DNA of 20,000 bases from Gonapodya sp. JEL0774 (lineage: Eukaryota), in NCBI GenBank assembly GCA_027604505.1, contig JADIIX010000115.1, positions 50,798-70,797 on the forward strand. Direction: 5' to 3'. Below, piece by piece: positions 1 through 7,288 of this stretch; positions within the stretch are counted from its first letter, which is position 1, and every line of letters starts with the position of its first letter. The translations under genes and the position numbers were made by a program. The notes beneath the pieces are model-generated. The model searched no databases and was not told the DNA's origin. It was given only the letters and a program-made list of their open reading frames with translations.

Positions 1-9
1 CAATTGCAG

Positions 10-303
10 ACCGAGCGCAACCTTATTCGCTCTTACATTGCGTTCCTTCTCGGTACTCTCTGCGTCAATAATCTGATAAATCTGCGAGAAATTCGGGAAC
101 TTCTTCCCGGTAATACCTTCCATCCACTCGCAACTCAACTTGAAGACTTTGTACGCTACCAGCAAGAAGTCATTGTGAAGAAGGCTGTGGACGCTGCTGG
201 GGGAAACGGGAGGAATGTGGATTTACCCGGAATACAGAAGGAGGTGGAGAAGGCGTCGCGAAGAGTAATTTCTGTATTGGAGGAGATGAAACATTTTTCA
301 TGA
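10..303 (+). CDS. WAPL: Last exon of a WAPL/Rad61-like cohesin release factor (partial; gene begins upstream of the window)
   Basis: Acceptor ttgcag at 4-9, stop TGA at 301-303. The peptide RSYIAFLLGTLCVNNLINLREIRELLPGNTF...ASRRVISVLEEM parallels the WAPL C-terminal helices as I recall them (SYxALLLGCLC..N...VRE.LP...F...SISRVIE.LE). Recognised by eye, no search run. Confidence 0.65.
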   Translation, partial: TERNLIRSYIAFLLGTLCVNNLINLREIRELLPGNTFHPLATQLEDFVRYQQEVIVKKAVDAAGGNGRNVDLPGIQKEVEKASRRVISVLEEMKHFS

Positions 304-761
304 CCTCGTTATTACGACTTCGAGTACTTTTACTGTCATTATTTGCGTTGTTCAATATTCCATTCTTTGTTGCGGGGTTGGCCACAACCAACTGACCTAC
401 TGGATCTTGTGATTTCTCATTTTACTGGTTTACTGGAATAGCCCCGATTCCAACTAAAACACCTACGATTTCTCCTTTCCGGCGCCCTAATCCTACGTAT
501 CTCGCGATTTTACGTCCCAGCGTCCCCCGTGACGCACTTTTTCTTGCCGATTTAGCTCGAAGCTCCCTCTTGAACCACCATCAAGATCGAAGACTCTCTC
601 GCCTCGCTCTCCGCCCGAAGCTTGCAGCGACTCTAGGGTGCGTCGAATGCAATTCAGTTGCTTTTCTCTCCCCCCCGTTGAACAGTCTCCGTACTCGCCC
701 TCGCCCAACTACACCCGCCATCCCATATTTCTATTCTTCATCTCTCAGCCAACCACGCACG

Positions 762-3254
762 ATGATCGACATAACCCTGCTCCGTGCACATCATGGGGGC
801 AACCCCGAGATTGTCCGCGAATCCCAAAGGCGACGTGGGGCCAGTGTCGAACTCGTGGACGAATTAATTAAACTGGACGAGGATTGGCGAAAGGGTGAGT
901 CTTGTGATAAATGGCTCATTGTTGGGATGGAAAGCGGGCGTAGTTTTCAGATTGATTGAACGAGGAGGAATGAGAACAGAAGGCCGGATCCTGAGATACG
1001 CCTGTTTCTATCCCAAGTTCAAAAATGGAATATAGACGCACTCACTCCCCAATAGTTTCACGACGTTGATGGAAGCATGTGTGCTCAACGACAGAATCGA
1101 GGGAAAGTAGTGAATTGGTGCCGAACAGGGTGATTCATACCACTTGTCGGGGCAGTACTTCGTGGAGCAATCTGTGATGTCACTGACTCCTCACCAATTT
1201 GTTCTTCGATATATGAGCCCGTTTCCAAGCTGACGAGTGCAATAAAGAAGCAAACAGCATTCAAAAGGAAATCACGGCACTGCATAAGGCTGGGAAGAAG
1301 GACCAGGCAGTGGAGTTGGTGGGCCATTGGAATTATCAGCTGTGCGGTTTTGCTTTACGTCCAACCTCTTATTGATGTGTCTCAGGTTACCCGCAAAGAT
1401 GCTTTGAAAGACCAGCAGAGAACTCTGACGGAACAGGCTGCTAAGCTTGAAAAGGATCTATTCAGTCGACTTGCCCTTGTCGGTAACATTGTCCATTCTT
1501 CGGTTCCTACATCGCTCACTGAAGACGACAATGTCACGGAGCGCATGTGGTGGCCAGAGGGGCGAAATGAGGAGGCTGAGACCAAAAGAAGGAAAGAGCT
1601 GGTGGGCGGGGCAAGTGCCAAGGAGAATCCCAAGGGCGTGAAGGGTTTGAGAAGCCACCATGAGGTGTTGGAGATGTTGGGAGGTTATGAGCCCAAGCGA
1701 GGTGAGAGTGGGGATTTGATATTCCGGAAGCAAAAGTGATGCTTGTGAGGGCCTTCCCATCGTGACGGTACACTATTCTTCTATCGCCAGGCCAAAAAGT
1801 CGCTGGTCATCGCGCGTATTTCCTTACAGGTGCCGGTGTAGATCTGAACTTTGCTCTTCTTCAATACGGTTTGGACTTTCTGAACAAGAAAGGGTACACG
1901 AAGGTGTGGACGCCATTCTTCATGAAAAAGGAACAGATGGCTCGCACTGCCCAATTGAGTCAGTTCGATGAGGAACTTTACAAAGTTGTCGAGGGGGGAA
2001 AGGAGGGTGCGGGTGAGTCTGAGTCTGAGTCAGAGTCGCGTCCTATTGAATTCGATGTCAAATGGCGTCCCTTCCATAATTAGACCCCAATGACCCCGAC
2101 GTCGACAATAAGTATTTGATTGCCACTGCCGAGCAACCGATATCGGCTTTCCACTCCGATGAGTGGTTATTGGAGTCGGATTTGCCCAAGCGGTGGGTCC
2201 TACTGTTTGAGTTTGGTATGCAGAGGAACCAACCGATCTTTGATAACCCACCTATAGCTATGCTGGTGTGTCTACCTGTTTCCGCAAGGAAGCTGGTGCC
2301 GCGGGGCGAGACACGTGGGGTGTGTTCCGTGTTCACCAGTTTGAAAAGGTGGAGCAGTTCTGTGTCACTGAGCCAACGAAAAGCTGGGACGAGTTTGACA
2401 GCATGATACAATACTCGGAGGAATTTTACAAAAGTGTGAGTTTTACTCCCTGAGGGTCATTGGTTGGATTTGTTTCTACTCAAAGGCCAAGCTGATGCTG
2501 AGAGCTGCTGCACCTGTTTCCTTGTTGCGTCTCTCCACCAAATCCTATTTTTATCCAAACTCTCCTGATTCTACGTTTTTTTTTATGCTTCTAGCTCGGC
2601 ATTCCGTTCCGCGTTGTAAGCATAGTGTCGGGTGCCCTGAACAATGCTGCCGCAAAGAAGTACGATTTGGAAGCATGGTTCCCGTTCCAGTGTGAATATC
2701 GAGAGTTGGTAAGCTGCTCGAACTGCACGGACTATCAGAGCAGGAGTTTGGAAGTTAGATGGGGTACGAAGAAGGTGAACCACTCTATGCTCTAAATATT
2801 CTTGCACGGGATGTCTCAACTCATTTATAACTCTGAAAACTAAACTGTTCATGCCCTTGTTCACCATCTTACCGTACAATATCCACGAACAAAACTAATG
2901 CCATCCATACGGTCGGTTCACTTCCCCACTCCAGCTCAACGACGATGAGAAACGGTACGTGCACATGCTGAACTCGACTCTCTGTGCCACGGAACGGGCC
3001 ATGTGCTGCGTGTTGGAGAATTTCCAGACAGAAGAGGTGAGTTTCAACGTATTTTCGCGGGTGTATTTTTCGAATGTACACACTCGTTACCATTTGCATC
3101 TGAACAGGGTCTCGTTGTACCGGAAGTTCTGCGTCCGTACATGCAAGGGCGCGATTTTATTCCATTTATTCGTGAAGTCTCGGTAGAAGAACCATCTGCT
3201 GCTGCTAGTAAGAAAGCTGGCAAGGGTTCTGCCGCAGTTGTCAAGAAGAATTGA
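762..3254 (+). CDS. SES1: Cytosolic-type seryl-tRNA synthetase, 9 exons: 762-894, 1218-1318, 1386-1701, 1791-2012, 2084-2192, 2258-2435, 2595-2774, 2935-3036, 3108-3254
   Basis: Spliced frame gives [73 protein letters not shown], motif 2 [49 protein letters not shown], motif 3 [12 protein letters not shown] and VPEVLRPYM. All introns are GT-AG with consistent phase. Confidence 0.96.
922..1016 (+). other. Long intronic RNA hairpin in SerRS intron 1
   Basis: 922-942 pairs with 997-1016 (20 bp, two G-U, one bulge), extended by 945-950 with 991-996 (6 bp, one G-U). The 40-nt loop is purine-rich. Confidence 0.75.
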
Positions 3255-3576
3255 ATCCATAGACATTACAGTGGAAATGCATTCATCCGAGTATCTTCGA
3301 TCTAGTTAGTTGACTTCCGGGGACCACGTGGAGGTTCATCATCTACATTCAACTCTCGGCTAAAACTGAGTAATAGTAGACCATGATGATGTCGGCATAT
3401 TTTGGAGCCGTCCGCGCGCCATAATGGGGCAGCAATAACAATGTTCCACCGTCACAGCAGCCTTATACCAATCTTGTTTGAATTACGGACACTCTCATTC
3501 ACATAGACCCCTCAACATTGGAGCTATTCTGACAGGATTAGAAGTGGGGGGAACAATAACCCCAAATGCCATTACC

Positions 3577-5198
3577 ATGGACGCACACGAATGTCTGGAA
3601 GCCGACGTGACCATGAAGTCGTTCTCCAACGTTCCAGAAACGACTTTGGAAATGCCTATGGGGAACTATGACGAACTGCAACCACCGACTTCCCCAAAAC
3701 CAGCACCAATGCTTGTGCTATATGCCTCTTTCCGGAACTATGCACCGGCACTTGGCTTAGGAGGAGAATCGATTCTCTTCTCCTCACTTTCGCGCTCCCA
3801 GATTTTCTCACCTTCTGCTGCCACCACTCTATGTGCCTTAGTCAACAGACTGTGCTGGTACCCGGCATGCGCTGTCTTTCTACTCCTCTCCACTGCTCTC
3901 CTCCATAAACTTCGGCGATATCCGCGCTCATTCGTATGGGAAGCTCTCCACCCCGCCCGTTCCAACTTGCTCTTCACCCCCATCATGGCAATATCATTCC
4001 TACTTGCCGGTCTTCCCGATGAACTTCGACCCGTGGAATCTCACCTGTTGGTCCACCCTGGTGCTGTGTCTGATCCTTCGCCATACCTAGCAGTCCTGTG
4101 GGCTATTTGGGGAGTGGCACTTGTATCTCAGGTCATTTTATCAGTGTGGACATACTCACGCTGGCTTGCTTCCGACGCTGAGTTCACCAGTCACACTATG
4201 CTGGGGCGGCAGTACCCCAGAACTGCGTTGGATGCGCAGGGCGGGCAGACCGCAGACCTCCACAAAACCTTTACGTATCCTGACTTTCATCGGGGTTATG
4301 AACCTCAATTGACCCATCTATATGCCATGGTGGTCTGGCATCTCCTCTCAATCTCGTCCTCCTCCATACTTCTTCCACCCACTTTTTCACTTGCTACGTT
4401 CCACGTTGGTCTTTTCTATCTCCTCTACCTCACATTTCTCATTTTCCAGCACGGTAGCAGGCTGCTCGCCGATGGCGCGTATCCCGAGTCGTTCAGGAAG
4501 CAGCAGAGGAGCTTCCTGGTGCTGCTCATGGCTCCTTGGGCTGCCGCAGGATCGGCGTACGTGGGAGCTATGGGGGGTCAGACTGGGGAAGGTGGTGGCA
4601 TGCCTCAGGTATAGCCTACATCCGTTCAGCTTCACTATCTCGTAACTTACTGACTTCACGCTTACTTTCGGCGAACTCAACTACATGGATTTATGCCTTT
4701 CCAACGGCTTTTTCTCGCTTGTTTCACGACCGTTTTTATTCATCCACAGCTCGCTCAGTTCCTAATGTGGAACTCTATTTTCTTTTATGGGCTGATTGGT
4801 GTTCGCTGGGGCCCTCGACTTGCCAGGGACCAACCCCATGCTGGATGGTGGGCGTGTGAGTGTCGATACTTTTGTTCCCTGCCGCTCGATCCCTGTGTTA
4901 CGTTGTGCTCATGAAACGTGGAGAAGATACTTTCCCCACTGCTGCGGTTCCATCCCTTCTTGCGGCCTATCTCACGTATCCGCCCTCCACCTCTCCTTCT
5001 ACCGTATCCCGAGTCGTTGTCGCTTCAATGACGATTTTCACTCTCCTCGTCACGATCCGTGTTTCCGTTTGGACTGTACTCGCGACGGTGGGGAAGGCAC
5101 GAGCGGGATGGGCTAGGGATGAGGAGATGGAGCAATGGGCGGCGACGGAAGTTGGGAAGGAGGAAGAAGTAGGGAGAGTTATAGAGGAATGGAAGTGA
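3577..5198 (+). CDS. SLAC1/TehA (TDT) family anion channel, 3 exons: 3577-4608, 4750-4855, 4927-5198
   Basis: ATG in ACCATGG context at 3577, many hydrophobic helices. Motifs K.RRYP.....EALHPARSNLLFTP, YSRWL, LLMAPWAAAGSAY and, after splicing, WWAYTFP (the TM9 gate-Phe motif of SLAC1/SLAH channels). Confidence 0.82.
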
Positions 5199-5351
5199 TG
5201 CGCGCGTATGAGATTTTGCATGAACATATATCTTGAGCGGCAATCGTAATAATAGCATTCATTCTTGTGATTTTGCTCTATACAATCAAGGAGATCAACT
5301 TTCCACCACACTTTATAAATTATTCCATCTTTCTAACTTGCTGCGATAGTG

Positions 5352-5930
5352 TCACTCCACCTGGATGAGTATTGAGAGAAGGGTTGAAAGTCATTGCTCC
5401 TGATAGCAGCGAATGAGAGAACCAGTACCAGCACAGAGAGGTCCCACGCGTCTCCTCCGGAGCTGTGCCCAATCACGAAAGTCTGTTGTAAATCCCTACT
5501 GGCAATGAAACCATCGGTTGCTGTCTGGTAGACGTGAGGGAAGTCGCCTGGAGGGAGGGATTTTCCATCATGACTAGGATCGGCAGGTGCCTCCCATTTG
5601 ATGAGACTCGCAAGTGCGGGTGATTCGGCGTATTTGATTTGCATTATGTACAGTCTTTGATGTTGTGAGGTTGGGAAGAACAAGCTCGAAGTTCTGGGAA
5701 CCTGACGACGCCAGATCGAGCGTTGATAGGTTATTATACATTGACGATAATGGTTTCACTCGCAATAGAGATCAAAGGCAGGGCAAGAGCGGCCAGACCT
5801 GGGTGGCGGTGGAAAGGTGAACAAATCCATCCTTCCTATCGAGCCAAGTTCCCACGAAAACCGCACTGGGGTCACCAAGGGCGGAGTATTCTGTTTCGGT
5901 GAGGATTTTGTAGAGAAACTTTGGGTTCAT
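5352..5930 (-). CDS. DUF952 family protein, exons 5930-5799, 5701-5429 and probably 5360-5352 (ends at 5333 if the last intron is retained)
   Basis: MNPKFLYKILTE...GTWLDRKDGFVHLSTATQ|VPRTSSLFF...LIKWE...DFPHVY matches the DUF952 signature (YKI...D..DGFIHLST..QV...KWE...FPHLY). GT-AG introns at 5798-5702 and 5428-5361. Confidence 0.82.
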
Positions 5931-6013
5931 GATGTAATTGGAACTTGGTGTGGACTAGGAATCAGGAATGAGCGAACTGATACAGAATGAGCCGGACCAC
6001 AGCCGGGCGTGTG

Positions 6014-6022
6014 ATGACTCAT
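6014..6022. promoter_or_regulatory. Candidate Gcn4/AP-1-type bZIP site ATGACTCAT in the 315-bp divergent spacer between the DUF952 and hemerythrin genes
   Basis: Exact 9-bp consensus between head-to-head start codons at 5930 (-) and 6246 (+). Motif match only. Confidence 0.3.
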
Positions 6023-6245
6023 GCATTTGCGAACTGGAGCAAACTCTCTGTCAGACTGCGATCAAATGCTTTCTTCAGCGACTCCCTCCGCCATCGCGGC
6101 CTTTCTTACACGTACTTTGTCGAATCGTCTCCATCAAATTGTCGCGGCTCCTCAATATTCAGCACGCTATTTTTCCAGCTACGTGGTGAGCATTTCACAT
6201 GAGAAGAAATGATTCATCGCCTCTTGTTGGATGACCGAGCACTTG

Positions 6246-7162
6246 ATGGAAAAGGGTAAAACTCTACCCGAAGTGATACTTTCCGATCACGAATCGTTGA
6301 GAAAACTGTTCGCGCGATACAAGAGCTCCGCCGACGAAGAAGAGCGACGTCGCATTTTAAACGAATGTGAGATCTTGCTTTAATCGATGTTCTGTTTTCG
6401 TTCGCTCAGTATGAGTTTCTTCATCATGCCGCACTAGATATAAGAGAGATTTCTTTGCATTCCACAGCCGAGGAATATGTGCTGTATCCCACTCTCATAT
6501 CCCTCGCCTCCTCTGAATCAGATGCGAGCTCACTGGATATTCCTGCTCGCATAGAGAAAGAGCGCGCTGACCACCACCGCATGAAAGAGACCATGCGTCC
6601 GATAGATCGATTGCTTGCAAGTGGGAATGAAGTCACCAATGCGGAGGGTTTTGGTTTTTCTCCGGAAGTAGAGCAGTTGCTTGAGGAGACGATGGAGGTG
6701 AGAGACATCTCCTACCTTGTGCGTTTCGCCTTCGTGCGTTCTCACTGCGAGTCATCCTAGGCATTTGATCGTCACATGAGAGGGGAGGAAGAGGTCGATT
6801 TGGTACTCATCAAATCCAAACTAAGAGATGAAGAACTCGTCCGTCTGGGACGAGAATTTGAGGACTCAAAATTGGTGAGCACAAGTTACAAGTGACAGTT
6901 GTGCTAGATGCGATAGCCGTAGTGTGTGTATCAGCATTGGGCTGACCACCCTTTTGCTTCTCTCAGTTCTCTCCTACCCGCCCACATCCAGATGTACCAG
7001 AATCTGGTGGTATCGCAGAAAAGATTGGTAAGTTCATTTTGCTGACGAGTGGATATCCTACACACACACATTATTGGCTTACTCTATGTAGTTGCTGCAT
7101 CACTTGGAGCAGTGGATAGAACACTAGACCTCGGAAGGTCTTTTGCGAAAAGGGACGATTAA
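6246..7162 (+). CDS. Hemerythrin-like (HHE cation-binding) protein, 5 exons: 6246-6366, 6438-6697, 6761-6874, 6967-7027, 7092-7162
   Basis: Spliced protein has ILSDHESLRKLF, EISLHSTAEEYVLYP, RADHHRMKE, FDRHMRGEEE and the C-terminal SPTRPHP motif typical of this family. Stop TAA at 7160-7162. Confidence 0.88.
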
Positions 7163-7288
7163 GCGTCGATGTGTATACCATGTGTATTAAACTTGGAGTG
7201 CATGTGTTCTGCGCAATGAACAATTTTGCCCCTGTTCAAGAAGTCCTCGATTGAGCCCCCGTTCCGTCCATTTTCCATCGAGGGAGCG

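Noticed and set aside
985..1030. CTGAGA-TAC resembling the TPP riboswitch core
   Set aside because: The downstream conserved GAAC(C/U)UGAU...UAAU...GCG.AGGGA segment is missing, and the host gene is unrelated to thiamine metabolism.
895..1217. Intron-encoded snoRNA or stwintron in SerRS intron 1
   Set aside because: No clean RUGAUGA/CUGA pair with a terminal stem and no ANANNA hinge with a well-placed ACA. Removing an internal intron does not rebuild a good donor in the right phase. Not fully excluded without an Rfam scan.
2013..2037. (GAGTCT)n repeat translating as ESESESES in the ORF track
   Set aside because: It is a short microsatellite at the start of intron 2013-2083, not coding sequence.
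2436..2934. 6-7 bp complementarities in the two ~160-nt SerRS introns (GGATTTG/CAAATCC, GTGAACC/GGTTCAC, ACCGTA/TACGGT)
   Set aside because: Matches this short are expected by chance in 160 nt.
3333..3393. Bulged hairpin with an AAAA loop and ATGATGA box downstream of SerRS (SECIS or C/D snoRNA?)
   Set aside because: No 5' AUGA/GA quartet in the right arrangement, no in-frame UGA in SerRS, and no well-placed D box or terminal stem.
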